Shown here one piece after another: positions 1 to 10,167 of a stretch of 64,000 nt of DNA (the first letter of the stretch is position 1; each line of letters opens with the position of its first letter). Below the pieces are notes generated by a model. That model was not told the DNA's origin. It did not search any database and worked only from the letters and a program-made list of their open reading frames with translations. The stretch is from Phycisphaeraceae bacterium (lineage in GTDB: Bacteria > Planctomycetota > Phycisphaerae > Phycisphaerales > Phycisphaeraceae): positions 2,592,001 through 2,656,000 of the forward strand of contig OY771506.1 in the NCBI GenBank assembly GCA_963674705.1, read 5' to 3'. The translations under genes were made by a program, and so were the position numbers.

Positions 1-266
1 CGCCGTATTATCGGCCTCAGGATCATCTTGGCCGACTATTCGCCAACCCAAATCAGATACTGCCTGATTGAGGCGTTCAGCCTTCAATCGCTGTTGTTAT
101 CAGTCGCCCTTGCGCCTGTTCGCTGTTGCATAGGGATATGACGGTTGTAACGATTGTGCGGATTATGACGGTTATGACAATTGTGACAATTTTCTTGTCT
201 GGGTAGTTAAGTCGCCCCCGCAGTATGACGATCCGGTGTGTAACGCATCAGTGTAAGGATGAGCCC

Positions 267-1217
267 ATGCTGCAGAACATCGCCAATAGCCTTCCTCGCA
301 TCACCGTCATCACGCCCAGCCTTAACCAGGCTGAGTACCTTGAACGCACGATCTGCAGCGTGCTGGATCAAGGCTACGAGAACCTTGAATACATCGTCAT
401 GGATGGCGGCTCATGCGACGGCAGCGTGGAGATCATCAAGCTGTACGAGGACGATCTTACCTACTGGCAGAGTGAGTCTGATTCCGGGCCGGCTCACGCG
501 GTTAACCAGGCGCTGGACCGTGCGACGGGCGACATCATCGCGATCCTGAATGCTGATGATCTTTACCTGCCGGGCACACTTCACGAAGTTGCAGCACGAT
601 TCCAGAAACAGGACGCTCCCGCTTGGATCATGGGACACTGTCTTCGCATCGGTGAGATGGATGAGCAACTCGGCCAGATCACAGCGGTGCAGCCGAAGAA
701 TCTAGCAGGCTTCCTGATGGACGATGTCGGACACATTCCAATGGCGGCGTCGTTCTATCGTAAATCAATCTTTGAAGCCTACGGCCGATTCGATGCCGAT
801 CTGCAGTTTGCCTGGGGCTATGAAATGAGCTGCCGTCTGATTGCTCAGGATCAGATGCCGGCACTTTTGCCGCAGATCGTTTCAGCTCATCGTGAGTATG
901 CCTACAGCAAGATCGCTCAGAACACACTCAGTTGTGGTCCGGAATTCAGTGACGCAGCCGCACGTTATGCAGATCGTTTGCCGTTCGAGCGGCGTGCAGC
1001 GTTGTGGGAAGGCATCGAGCAGCGCAGGCAGATCTTCGAGCTTGCGAAGATCGAAGTTGCGTCCCATCCATCGCGTCGGCAGTTATGGAACCAGTTATTA
1101 CGCCGACCCTGGTGGCTGGCGAACGACCGGTACCGACAGACTTTACTTCGGGGCATCACGCATCCCGAGTGTCCGGCTCTTGATAAGAGCAGACAGCCTT
1201 TGCGAAAAGCGGCATAA
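267..1217 (+). CDS. Glycosyltransferase family 2 (GT-A fold)
   Basis: ITVITPSLNQ, MDGGSCDGS and LNADD (DxD) motifs. ATG at 267 chosen over the track start of 225 because AAGGA lies just upstream. Confidence 0.9.
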   Translation: MLQNIANSLPRITVITPSLNQAEYLERTICSVLDQGYENLEYIVMDGGSCDGSVEIIKLYEDDLTYWQSESDSGPAHAVNQALDRATGDIIAILNADDLYLPGTLHEVAARFQKQDAPAWIMGHCLRIGEMDEQLGQITAVQPKNLAGFLMDDVGHIPMAASFYRKSIFEAYGRFDADLQFAWGYEMSCRLIAQDQMPALLPQIVSAHREYAYSKIAQNTLSCGPEFSDAAARYADRLPFERRAALWEGIEQRRQIFELAKIEVASHPSRRQLWNQLLRRPWWLANDRYRQTLLRGITHPECPALDKSRQPLRKAA

Positions 1218-1251
1218 ACGGAGCAACAACAGACGTATGTTCCACTTGAAG

Positions 1252-1280
1252 AAGAGCCTCATGGAAGAGGCTCTTTTTAT
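1252..1280 (+). terminator. Rho-independent terminator
   Basis: AAGAGCCTC-atggaa-GAGGCTCTT followed by TTTAT, just after the GT2 stop. Confidence 0.8.
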
Positions 1281-1364
1281 TGCGCATTGTGCATAAGCTC
1301 GGTGGCTGTTATTCCTTCTGTTTCAGGACTGGCCAGCAGGCATTAATCGACCTATTGTATCGGC

Positions 1365-1952
1365 ATGAAAGCCAAGTTGACTCCCGTTGTCATCTTTGTC
1401 CTTATCGCGGTGATGGCCGTGCCGCTGTTCACGGGCCTGATTTCTTCCAGGAACATTGATCCGATTGAACTTGCCAGTCTGGACGTCGGCCCCGGTCGCG
1501 TGATACGGATCACTGTTGAGCAAAACTCTCAGCAGACGCTATCATTGCATTATTACGTTGAAGCTGATGGGCAAACTGTGATCGATCATGCTTTCTTCGG
1601 CACACTGCCGAGAACCGCTACGCCACCGTCCTTTGTGGTATATACCCCGGCCTCTGGAAGTGGGGGGATTGTCGGCATCGCGCAGGTAACGGTGCCTGAT
1701 CGCATCGTCATACTTCACGACTTTGATTCAGGCGAGAGTTATCCGTATCGCAATGCCACATACAAAGATACCGATCCGGATCATCTTTATCCTTACTACG
1801 AAGAGCAGGAATCGATCGAAGCCAGAGGCGAAACATTGTTTGTGCGTTTGCAGGAAGCACTGCCGGATACGGAGCTAGACCTGCTGCGTACTATGGGACT
1901 GCGGCCGCTTACATTGCCCGATGTCCAGCCAGAAGCCGAAGGTGCCGAGTAA
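1365..1952 (+). CDS. Hypothetical protein with N-terminal membrane anchor/signal
   Basis: 195 aa ORF with a hydrophobic N-terminus. No recognised motif. Confidence 0.7.
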   Translation: MKAKLTPVVIFVLIAVMAVPLFTGLISSRNIDPIELASLDVGPGRVIRITVEQNSQQTLSLHYYVEADGQTVIDHAFFGTLPRTATPPSFVVYTPASGSGGIVGIAQVTVPDRIVILHDFDSGESYPYRNATYKDTDPDHLYPYYEEQESIEARGETLFVRLQEALPDTELDLLRTMGLRPLTLPDVQPEAEGAE

Positions 1953-1975
1953 ATCAAATGCTGTAAGGATCACAC

Positions 1976-3904
1976 TCAACTGATCCCACGCGCTTCCAGT
2001 TCACGCACTTCACGCGACCAGGCATCACGCTGTTCATCCGTAACATCGGGATCGGGCAACAGCGAGCGGCGTGTGCAATTTATCATCGCCTGAAGCGTCT
2101 GATACCGACGGGTCGAGGCAATATCCGGCGGGAGCTGGTCGTGTATCACCGCACTGATGTCATCGAAAGCCAACGGCTTTGATATGGACCGTGCTTTAAG
2201 GTTGGAACGCAGTGAGGCAAACGCCGCGGCTGAGTAACCTTGTGTCAGTTCATCGATGCGCTTGATCTGTCCATCGTTGAGTGTTTCTTTTAATACGCTT
2301 GATAGCACCCAACGGATAAACGCCGCTCGGTCTTCATCTTCAGGATCGAGCACGGGGATAATCAGGTCGCCGACACGCCCGGGGCGACGGATATCGGGGC
2401 TGAGAAGGTGGATGCGTGCGGTCATGAGAAGCCAGATGACGTGGCCGCGCAATGCCGGGTCGGACATCATTTGCTGCACTTTGCCTGTCAAGCGACGTTC
2501 GGTCGCGTGTGCATCCGGACCGACGCCACCGAATTGTGTGTCCGCTTCATCGACGAAGATGACGACCTTGTCGAGAGCCTGAAGCACCCGGCGGAGTTTC
2601 TCGAAGATGACATCGGTTTGCCCGAACCATTGGCTGCGGATGTTTTTCAGTTCGAGGACGGGCAGGTCAAGCGCGGCCGCAACCGCTTCAAAGATAAATG
2701 TCTTGCCGCCACCGATAGGACCAGCCACGGCAGCACCGGGCAAAGCGTCCGCCCCCGTCGATCGGAAGCGGGGCAGCAGTTCATCACGCACGAAGTTTTT
2801 CAGTTGAGTAAATCCGATCACATTATCCAGCGAGTGTTCCGGCTTCTTGAACGCAACGACATCTTCGCCAAGCTGCGTCTGGATGAACGATTCAACCTTG
2901 GCAATCACATCCTGCTGGCGCAACGGCCTGCCTGAATGAGCGGACGCGATCAGCATCTGACGCAACGCATGGATCGAAAGGCCTGCGGAGAATCGTGCAA
3001 GGTCATCGATCGATCCCCAGAGTTCGACCGAATGACCTGAACCGGTCGCGGCCTTGGGCTGGCGCATAAACCAGTCGATGTAATGCTTGCGGTTGTCATA
3101 ATCAGGTGCGCCGACATCGACGCTAAGAACGCTCGGTAGCTTTGATACACGCGGATGCACCAGGCCGACGGATTCACTCAGAAGCAACACGGTGTCGTCA
3201 CCGTTGGTAAAACCGGGATCGGAGAACCAGTCCTGCGCGATACCGATGCGGTGGCGGTCAGGCGAGCCGAGGTTCGCGATGTCGCCGTTGCCGGCAGGCA
3301 GTGCAAGGTCCGCCGCTTCGATCACGATCAACAGGTTGTCACGGATAAACGATTTACCTGATGCGTCTGTCGAACGCGAGCACAACGTCAACTGCCGAAG
3401 AAACTCAAGCGCGAAGGTAGGCCGACCTACGACCTCGCGCAGATTGCGATCGAAGTCCTGCTCCCAGTGTTGCCGTTCACTTGCGCGGTTTTTGTCGGTT
3501 AATGCCTGCAGCACAAGCGTGTCATGGTCAACGCCCGCCTTCCACGAGACCCAGCCCTGGCGCAGCATGTCCCAGCCTTTGTTCGCGCCCATCGTGCTCT
3601 GCAAACGGACCGGGCCGTTCTGTTCGTATACAAGAATCGTCAAGCCATCCATCCGGCAACGGTCGCAGATGTAATCGACCAACGGAACGTACGAGCCGGT
3701 GCTGTCGGCGGTGGGGCTGAAGAACAGGTCATGCACTTCGCCGGCAAGGATGATGCTACGCGATTGTCCAGCATTCACGATACCCGCGAGTTTATTGAAA
3801 AACCTCTTAGCGGAGACATTCGGATCAACCGCGTTAGTCGCTGGCCTGGGTTTCTCCGAACCTTCATCGGGGAGCATCGGCGAATCGTGTTTGGCTGTAC
3901 TCAT
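1976..3904 (-). CDS. AAA+ ATPase (C-terminal classical AAA domain, N-terminal degenerate AAA-like region)
   Basis: Walker A GPIGGGKT, pore loop WFGQTD, Walker B IFVDEAD, arginine finger IRRPGR. Start overlaps the upstream stop (3901-3904). Confidence 0.9.
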   Translation of the reverse strand: MSTAKHDSPMLPDEGSEKPRPATNAVDPNVSAKRFFNKLAGIVNAGQSRSIILAGEVHDLFFSPTADSTGSYVPLVDYICDRCRMDGLTILVYEQNGPVRLQSTMGANKGWDMLRQGWVSWKAGVDHDTLVLQALTDKNRASERQHWEQDFDRNLREVVGRPTFALEFLRQLTLCSRSTDASGKSFIRDNLLIVIEAADLALPAGNGDIANLGSPDRHRIGIAQDWFSDPGFTNGDDTVLLLSESVGLVHPRVSKLPSVLSVDVGAPDYDNRKHYIDWFMRQPKAATGSGHSVELWGSIDDLARFSAGLSIHALRQMLIASAHSGRPLRQQDVIAKVESFIQTQLGEDVVAFKKPEHSLDNVIGFTQLKNFVRDELLPRFRSTGADALPGAAVAGPIGGGKTFIFEAVAAALDLPVLELKNIRSQWFGQTDVIFEKLRRVLQALDKVVIFVDEADTQFGGVGPDAHATERRLTGKVQQMMSDPALRGHVIWLLMTARIHLLSPDIRRPGRVGDLIIPVLDPEDEDRAAFIRWVLSSVLKETLNDGQIKRIDELTQGYSAAAFASLRSNLKARSISKPLAFDDISAVIHDQLPPDIASTRRYQTLQAMINCTRRSLLPDPDVTDEQRDAWSREVRELEARGIS

Positions 3905-4839
3905 ACATTCACACTGCCCGCGGTTTGCCGGCGGGTCCAGAAGTCACGATGTGTTTCAGGATCAGGTGGATTCTCGGGTTCGAACACGATGTTGCGAATT
4001 TCATCACGCTGTGCGACAAACTGCTCAAATTCGCGCGGTGTGTTCGGCTCAAACGTGGGCGCTGCACGGTCGTACACAATCGTCGCTCCGGGGCAGCTAT
4101 CATGGCCCGCGCCTTGATAGTTCCAATACTGGCTTAAACCCAGCACACGGTCACAGATGTACAGCGCTTCGTTCAATTCATGTGTCACCAGCAGGATCGT
4201 ATGCGGCGGAGGCTTGCCTTCGATCTTCGCCCGTGTGTTTTCCTGGTATAGGGTCAGGACCATCCGCTGAAGGTCTTCGCGTGTGGCTTCGTCCAATGCG
4301 CCGAAAGGTTCATCCAATAGCAGAAGCTTCGGCCGCATTACCAATGCCTGTGCGATCGCGACACGCTGGCACATCCCGCCTGACATCTCCGCGGGGTACT
4401 TATCCATCGCATTACCAAGCCCGACTTTTACCAGCAGCTCTTCCGCTTGCCTGATGTGATCCTTCTTCATCATCCGCCACGTTCCCCACTTGAAAACGCG
4501 GAAGGGGATCGTCGTGTGGCGAAGCATCAGGCCGAAGGCGACGTTCTCACGGGCGGTCATGAATTCATACAACGAGTAGCGCTGGTAGACGATCCCGCGG
4601 TCAAAACCCGGGCTCGTTACGACCTTGCCGTCCATCAACACACTGCCGGCTTTCGGCGGGTGTGTTCCCAGGATTGCACGCAACAGAGTTGATTTACCGC
4701 AGCCCGACGGGCCCACGACCGCCACCATCTGACCCCGCTCGATGCTCAAGTTCAGATTGTGCAGCACACGGTTCGTCCCGAACCAATGGCTCAGGCCGTC
4801 CAGGCGGATCACGATGTCGCTGCCGTCGGGTGGATTCAT
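3901..4839 (-). CDS. ABC transporter ATP-binding protein (TauB/SsuB/NrtD type)
   Basis: GPSGCGKST, MSGGM signature, LLLDEPFGALD, VTH. Confidence 0.95.
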   Translation of the reverse strand: MNPPDGSDIVIRLDGLSHWFGTNRVLHNLNLSIERGQMVAVVGPSGCGKSTLLRAILGTHPPKAGSVLMDGKVVTSPGFDRGIVYQRYSLYEFMTARENVAFGLMLRHTTIPFRVFKWGTWRMMKKDHIRQAEELLVKVGLGNAMDKYPAEMSGGMCQRVAIAQALVMRPKLLLLDEPFGALDEATREDLQRMVLTLYQENTRAKIEGKPPPHTILLVTHELNEALYICDRVLGLSQYWNYQGAGHDSCPGATIVYDRAAPTFEPNTPREFEQFVAQRDEIRNIVFEPENPPDPETHRDFWTRRQTAGSVNV

Positions 4840-4847
4840 TTAGCTTC

Positions 4848-5648
4848 TTACCGCCCAAACCAGGGGCACAGTTTTCGACGGGCCGTCAACAAGGCATAAT
4901 CGATCAGGAACCCGCTCGCGCCGAGCAGGCCCAGGTAAAAGTACACGATATTGAAGTTAACCTTTCGTCCTTCCAATCGCAGGCGATACCCGAAGCCCAC
5001 ATCTGCGACGACATACTCAGCTGCGATCAGGAACACCATCGCCGGGCCGATCTGCAATCGCACCGATTCGATCAACCTTGGTAATACCTGCTTGAAGACG
5101 ACATTCCAGATCTGTTCACCCTGCGAAGCGCCGAGCGTCGCCGCTTTATTAAGTAACTCCTCCGGCACATCCTTCTTCGCGGATTGATAGATCGCCTGAG
5201 CCAGCGTCGGTGTGACGCCGAAGACGATCATCGCGATGAAGAAACCCTGGTTGATCCCGACGAGTACGAAGAACACTGCAAGCATTGCGGTGGGGGGGAT
5301 CTTTGCTGCTATGGATAACGGCGTTTGCAGCACCGCTTCCACCGGCGCGTAACACCCCATCGCGATACCGAATACCAACGCCGCGCCGACCGCAATGAAC
5401 AACCCTTCAAATAGCCGGACATAAGTCGCAACACCATCCTCCCACAGGATGATCTCACCGCTACCGGGCTGCGGCGTCACTGACTTTTTGATCCCCTCGC
5501 CGATCTGGCTCCACGTGGGGATCGTGGTGTCGTTGGGGTTCTTATGGTGCTGCCTTACCGACAGCAACGTATAGATGCCGCACAATACCAGCACCGACAC
5601 GATCGCCAGTGTAATCCGCGTGCCGGGCTTGATCGGCCGACGGATCAT
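4848..5648 (-). CDS. ABC transporter permease (TauC/SsuC type)
   Basis: Multiple TM helices, EAA-like loop KAATLGAS, LIAAEY..GFGY motif. Confidence 0.92.
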   Translation of the reverse strand: MIRRPIKPGTRITLAIVSVLVLCGIYTLLSVRQHHKNPNDTTIPTWSQIGEGIKKSVTPQPGSGEIILWEDGVATYVRLFEGLFIAVGAALVFGIAMGCYAPVEAVLQTPLSIAAKIPPTAMLAVFFVLVGINQGFFIAMIVFGVTPTLAQAIYQSAKKDVPEELLNKAATLGASQGEQIWNVVFKQVLPRLIESVRLQIGPAMVFLIAAEYVVADVGFGYRLRLEGRKVNFNIVYFYLGLLGASGFLIDYALLTARRKLCPWFGR

Positions 5649-6766
5649 TCGCCGGCTTCCATGACAGCATCGATATACTGGCTGGTGAAGGTCAGCGGCT
5701 CATCTTTACTACCGCCGTACGCGATCGCGGGTACTTTTTCGATGATCTTGTAGTCCTTGCAGAAGCCGGTGACCTTATCCATCGTTGTGTGAAGTTCCTG
5801 GCTGTCGAACAAAGCTTTAGCCTCGGCCGGCGTCTTGTAGAACTTGGTCTGCTCCACGACGACCTTCATCTTTTCGAGGCCCAGGCTGGAGAACTTCGAG
5901 CCCAGCGCGACGAGCGTCTCATCGCCGGTTTCCGGATCTGCCAGCATTTCGTTGAGTTGATAGAAGGTATCGATCACCGCTTCTGCGAAGCGATCACCAC
6001 CCGGCTTATCCAGTGAATCCTTGGCGGCGACGACCATGTCGATGATTTCACCGGGGATCTTCGTTGAATCGAAGAGCACTTTCGCGTCACTCCGCTGCTT
6101 AAGCGTTTCGAGCACGAACGGGTTCCAGACGACGATAGCGTCATAACCCGCCTGCTGCGTGATCATTGCCTGCGCAGCGGCGGCAGGGTCCATATTCGAG
6201 AAGATATAGTCGGCAGGATTCTCGCCCGCGATTTCAAGGTTGCGCACGAACGTGTACTGCGACACGCTGGCTTCCAGGCCGTAGGCTTTCTTGCCTTTCA
6301 GGTCCTGGATCGTGTCGATCCCCGTGACGATGCAGGCATCGGCGCCGAAGGATGTCGAGGTCGGCAGGATCGCAACCGCGGTTCGGCCCATGGATGGATT
6401 GAGGATGTCCATGTTCGTGATGCAGACCGCATCGACCGCGCCGTTGGCGTACATGTTGATGCACGTGTCGTAATCGGTTTCGTTCAGGACGATGTCGACG
6501 TTCCACTTCTTCTCGACCGGGCCGAGTTCACCTTCCTTGCCGTTGATCAGGCCCTTCATCTCTGCGACGCCGAAGACCGACCATGATGGATATTCGCTCC
6601 AGGCCAGGCTGAAGACCGGCGGAGCTTCATCACCCGCATTCGTTGTGCTGCCGGCTGAACTTTCCGATGGCGAAGATGAGTTGTCGCAACCGCTGGTTAA
6701 AGCAAATGCGCCGACCGTCAGAGCGGCCGCACAAGTTGTAAACAGTTTCGTGGTTCGTGAGTTCAT
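5645..6766 (-). CDS. ABC substrate-binding lipoprotein (NMT1/THI5/TauA-like)
   Basis: Lipobox LTSGC. S.GADA, DLKGKK, WNPF and IPGEIID motifs of PBP-II SBPs. 4-bp overlap with the permease. Confidence 0.88.
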   Translation of the reverse strand: MNSRTTKLFTTCAAALTVGAFALTSGCDNSSSPSESSAGSTTNAGDEAPPVFSLAWSEYPSWSVFGVAEMKGLINGKEGELGPVEKKWNVDIVLNETDYDTCINMYANGAVDAVCITNMDILNPSMGRTAVAILPTSTSFGADACIVTGIDTIQDLKGKKAYGLEASVSQYTFVRNLEIAGENPADYIFSNMDPAAAAQAMITQQAGYDAIVVWNPFVLETLKQRSDAKVLFDSTKIPGEIIDMVVAAKDSLDKPGGDRFAEAVIDTFYQLNEMLADPETGDETLVALGSKFSSLGLEKMKVVVEQTKFYKTPAEAKALFDSQELHTTMDKVTGFCKDYKIIEKVPAIAYGGSKDEPLTFTSQYIDAVMEAGE

Positions 6767-6822
6767 GGTATGGATTCCCGAAAAGTATTCTTTGGGTATT
6801 CAGTGCACGTCTAATTGGTGGC

Positions 6823-7665
6823 TCAGCCCTCGGGCAGTTTGGTTTCCGGCTTATCGATCATTTCGTTCGGCATCTCGGCCGATTCCTTGCTGTCGGTTTC
6901 ACCGGCCAGACCGATCAACTTGTTGAACTCGTCGGTCGCGACGTTGGTGCGGGCGTATTCGAGGAACTCGGCTTCCTGTTGCAACGTATCTGTGCCCGCC
7001 ATCTCGCGGGAGATCCTCGCTTCGGCCTTCTGTTGCTGACGTAAGTCACGCAGTTCCTGCAACTCCTGCGAGGTGCGGTCCTGGCTGATCCCGCTGATCA
7101 TGTCGGCGACCTCTTCCTCTTCTTTCGCGGTAATCATGTCCGCTACTGCTGAGGAGGATTCTTCCTTCAGCTTGTCCAGATCACGCAGCAGTTGCTGCAA
7201 CTGAACCTTATGCCCGCCGATCGTGTTGGTCAGTTCAGCGACATCGCTTTCCAGTTCGCTGATCCGGTCGCTCTTCTCCGCGATTGTGGAAGTAAAGTCA
7301 TTGAACGCGGTCATGCATTTGAGGTATTCCTCGTTCTGCTTGATCTGCTCAAGCGACATACCCTGACCCTTGAGCTGCTCGACGACCTTCCTGGCTTTCG
7401 CGGCCGCGCCTTCCTTGAGCTTCTCAAGATGCGATACCTCCTGGCTGAGCGATTTGACCTTGGCCGCCTTCTTCTCCTGCTGACCGATCATGCGGGAGAC
7501 CGCTTCCTTATATTGATGGATGCGGTCGCGCTTCTCGCGGATGATCCGGTCGTAGCTGGCCTGCACGACGTAAGGGTTCTTGCTCAGTTCCTGACGTGCG
7601 CGGTCGATCCGCCCGGTGACGAGGTAACCCAGGGCCCGAATGTATCTGCCGATGGCTCTAAACAC
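6823..7665 (-). CDS. PspA/IM30 (Vipp1)-like coiled-coil protein
   Basis: Amphipathic N-terminal helix (MFRAIGRYIRAL), Pro after the first helix (KNP), long heptad coiled coil, 280 aa. Confidence 0.7.
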   Translation of the reverse strand: MFRAIGRYIRALGYLVTGRIDRARQELSKNPYVVQASYDRIIREKRDRIHQYKEAVSRMIGQQEKKAAKVKSLSQEVSHLEKLKEGAAAKARKVVEQLKGQGMSLEQIKQNEEYLKCMTAFNDFTSTIAEKSDRISELESDVAELTNTIGGHKVQLQQLLRDLDKLKEESSSAVADMITAKEEEEVADMISGISQDRTSQELQELRDLRQQQKAEARISREMAGTDTLQQEAEFLEYARTNVATDEFNKLIGLAGETDSKESAEMPNEMIDKPETKLPEG

Positions 7666-7712
7666 GTTTACGCTCCTATCGGTGGGGGGCGGTCGTCCGC
7701 CCGGTGTTCTAG

Positions 7713-8459
7713 CTACTCGCTATCTCTGATGCTCGGATTCAGTTCCGTTTCCAGTTCGTTCATCCGCCGTTCAACGCGCCGTGCGACGTTGAGGTTTTCT
7801 TCCAGCTCTTGCCGCATGCTCGCCAGGTCCGCGCCGGGTGTGGTTGTATCCAGCCCCAGCGTGTGCAGGCCGTCGATTGTCTTGGCGATCTGCGTGATGC
7901 TCTTGTCTACCTCGACTAATACTTTCTCTCGCTTTTCCAACACCTCGCGTCTTGCCGCTTCTGTCAATACTTTTTGTGACGTCTCCCACAGCTTGTACGA
8001 ACCCTTAAGCGACTGATACGACGAATCCAACAACCTCTGTACTGTACCAGCGATCTCGACCGGTGGGGTGCGCGGCGTCTTGCTCGGGTCCATCAGGTCC
8101 CTGAACCGATCCGCCAACACCCGCAGCGTTTTCAGAGCCTGTCCCGTCCACGGGTCCTCGTCTTTCTCCAGCTGCGCCGCTAGTTCGTCCAGTTCACGTT
8201 CCTTTTGGGCAGCCATCTGTTCGTGTGCCCGAAGAAACACACGCTTGGCGATCTTGTCCCTGCTTATGATCCATCGTGTGACCAATGCTCCGGAGCCGGC
8301 CAGCAGGCTCATCACACCCGCGAAAGCAAGCAATTGTGTCGCTGCGCCTACCGCCCATGAAACCAGTAATAACGTCAAACCCAACGCGGCGGGCAACAGC
8401 ACAAACGGCGACATCGCCAGATCGAGCAAGACCTGTTTTCGGAAGCTCGATCCGTCCAT
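7713..8459 (-). CDS. Membrane protein with two N-terminal TM helices and a helical cytoplasmic domain
   Basis: 248 aa, two hydrophobic segments then charged helices. GAGGAG RBS. Confidence 0.8.
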   Translation of the reverse strand: MDGSSFRKQVLLDLAMSPFVLLPAALGLTLLLVSWAVGAATQLLAFAGVMSLLAGSGALVTRWIISRDKIAKRVFLRAHEQMAAQKERELDELAAQLEKDEDPWTGQALKTLRVLADRFRDLMDPSKTPRTPPVEIAGTVQRLLDSSYQSLKGSYKLWETSQKVLTEAARREVLEKREKVLVEVDKSITQIAKTIDGLHTLGLDTTTPGADLASMRQELEENLNVARRVERRMNELETELNPSIRDSE

Positions 8460-8472
8460 AACTCCTCAATGA

Positions 8473-10167
8473 TCAGTAGGGTGTTTGTCCAAGAATAAAA
8501 CGAACGGTCTGGGCTTCACCGCCCTCGGCCTCGGGCTCTGTCCCGATCGCACGCACACGCTCGACGGCGATGCCTTTCTCGATCAGGTACGCCGCTGCCG
8601 CCTCGGCCCGGCTCATCGCCAGCGCCCGGTTGGCTTCCGCATCCCCTTCGACCCGCGCCGATCCACGTATCGACACGTAGTAATGAGGCCAGGTATGCAG
8701 CGATTCGGCCAGCCGATCGAGCTCGAACTTGCTCTGCCGGGTCAGTATAGCGGTGCCCCGCGCGAACACAATCGGTCTGACACGCAGCGTGCCCACCGGA
8801 CGCAGCTGTTCCCATTGCTTGTCATTGAGCGCTTCAACCTTGAACGATCTCGCCTCGCCCGCATCCACATCACCGGGCTGGCGGACCAGCGACGGGTGGA
8901 AGTCGCTATCGCGCATCGTTTTCAGGATGCCGTCGTAGTACAACACGCTCGGATTACTCACCGAAGACGCCGAGTCGATCGCCCCCGTCTTCAGCAGCAC
9001 CGATGCAATGTTCCGGATCACTTCATCCAGGGGCTGAATCTCGCTGGCCTGTCCGCTAGACGTCAGACCCATATGTGCGTAGTTTTCCTGTGTGGTTTTC
9101 CACCACACCCCTTCGACCAGCTTATCAGCTTGTTTGGCGGTCAGCGGTTCACCGCTTTGTTTCGCGTCTTCCCGAACCGCTTGCGCCAATCCGCCACCAG
9201 CTCGACGCTGGTCATACAGCGTCCGCAGGTAGGTCTCGACGACCGCACGGACTGTGTCTTCATGCTCCAGTAAAAACTCACGGCTGACGACCAGCGTATC
9301 CACGATGTATCCGCGGAATCGAGAACTGTCGATCAGGATATGAGCGCCGTCTTTTTCCAGGGCTTTGCTGACGTAAGGCTCCCACAAGACATAGGCGGCC
9401 TTCTGTGATCGATCCGCCTTCTCAAAGCGTCGCAGCACATCGGCTGCGCCATCCGCCCGGACGAACGGATCGCTCGGTAGCTTGTCCAGTTGGAAACTCG
9501 CCATCACGACTTGCGCCAGTGTCGTGCTGGGCGATTCGGGGGTGGCGATGATCTTCGCGGTGGGGGAGTTCAGGGCATCGATATTCGGGACAGCTGATTC
9601 GTAGGCAACCATGGCATCCGCGCCGGTGGTTTCATCAATAATCATGACCGCGGTCACAGGCGCTTCACCCAGTTTAGCGGTCGCTTTTACAAGGCCGTCG
9701 AGTGTGAACACCGCCATCGGCGCTTCGCCGGTGCGCAGGGCTTTCATACGCTGGCTGTAGTCGGCCTGATCGTCTACTAAGTCAAGCTCGATGCCGCGCA
9801 GGGCGAGTTCTTCTTTAAATGCTTCGCTACGGAAAACCCAGTAGCCGGAAAAAGCGTCCAGCGATAAACGCAGCGTCAGTTTCTTGCCGCTATCGCTGAC
9901 CTTGACGCCGGTCAGACGCAGTTCCAGTTCCTGTGCCATCTGTCGGAGTGTCGCGGCGTCTGCGCCTTTGGGCGCTTCGTCGGGTGTGAGGCCGCGCTGC
10001 CGAGCCAGCTCGCATAGCTCTTCATAATCCTGCAATTGCTCTGCGACATCCTCACGCTCGTGCATCCAGGGCGAGACGATGAATTTATACGACACCGCCG
10101 CCAGCGCTACGATCACGATCCAGACGATCACAACTTTCAACAGACGCGCGGAGCCGCCACTACTCAT
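8473..10167 (-). CDS. Membrane-anchored NMT1-like substrate-binding domain fused to a C-terminal OmpA-like domain
   Basis: N-terminal TM, DETTGADA and LWEP SBP motifs, C-terminal F..G / NRALAMSRAEA OmpA-like motifs. ATG at 10167 overlaps the vWA stop (ATGA). Confidence 0.85.
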   Translation of the reverse strand: MSSGGSARLLKVVIVWIVIVALAAVSYKFIVSPWMHEREDVAEQLQDYEELCELARQRGLTPDEAPKGADAATLRQMAQELELRLTGVKVSDSGKKLTLRLSLDAFSGYWVFRSEAFKEELALRGIELDLVDDQADYSQRMKALRTGEAPMAVFTLDGLVKATAKLGEAPVTAVMIIDETTGADAMVAYESAVPNIDALNSPTAKIIATPESPSTTLAQVVMASFQLDKLPSDPFVRADGAADVLRRFEKADRSQKAAYVLWEPYVSKALEKDGAHILIDSSRFRGYIVDTLVVSREFLLEHEDTVRAVVETYLRTLYDQRRAGGGLAQAVREDAKQSGEPLTAKQADKLVEGVWWKTTQENYAHMGLTSSGQASEIQPLDEVIRNIASVLLKTGAIDSASSVSNPSVLYYDGILKTMRDSDFHPSLVRQPGDVDAGEARSFKVEALNDKQWEQLRPVGTLRVRPIVFARGTAILTRQSKFELDRLAESLHTWPHYYVSIRGSARVEGDAEANRALAMSRAEAAAAYLIEKGIAVERVRAIGTEPEAEGGEAQTVRFILGQTPY

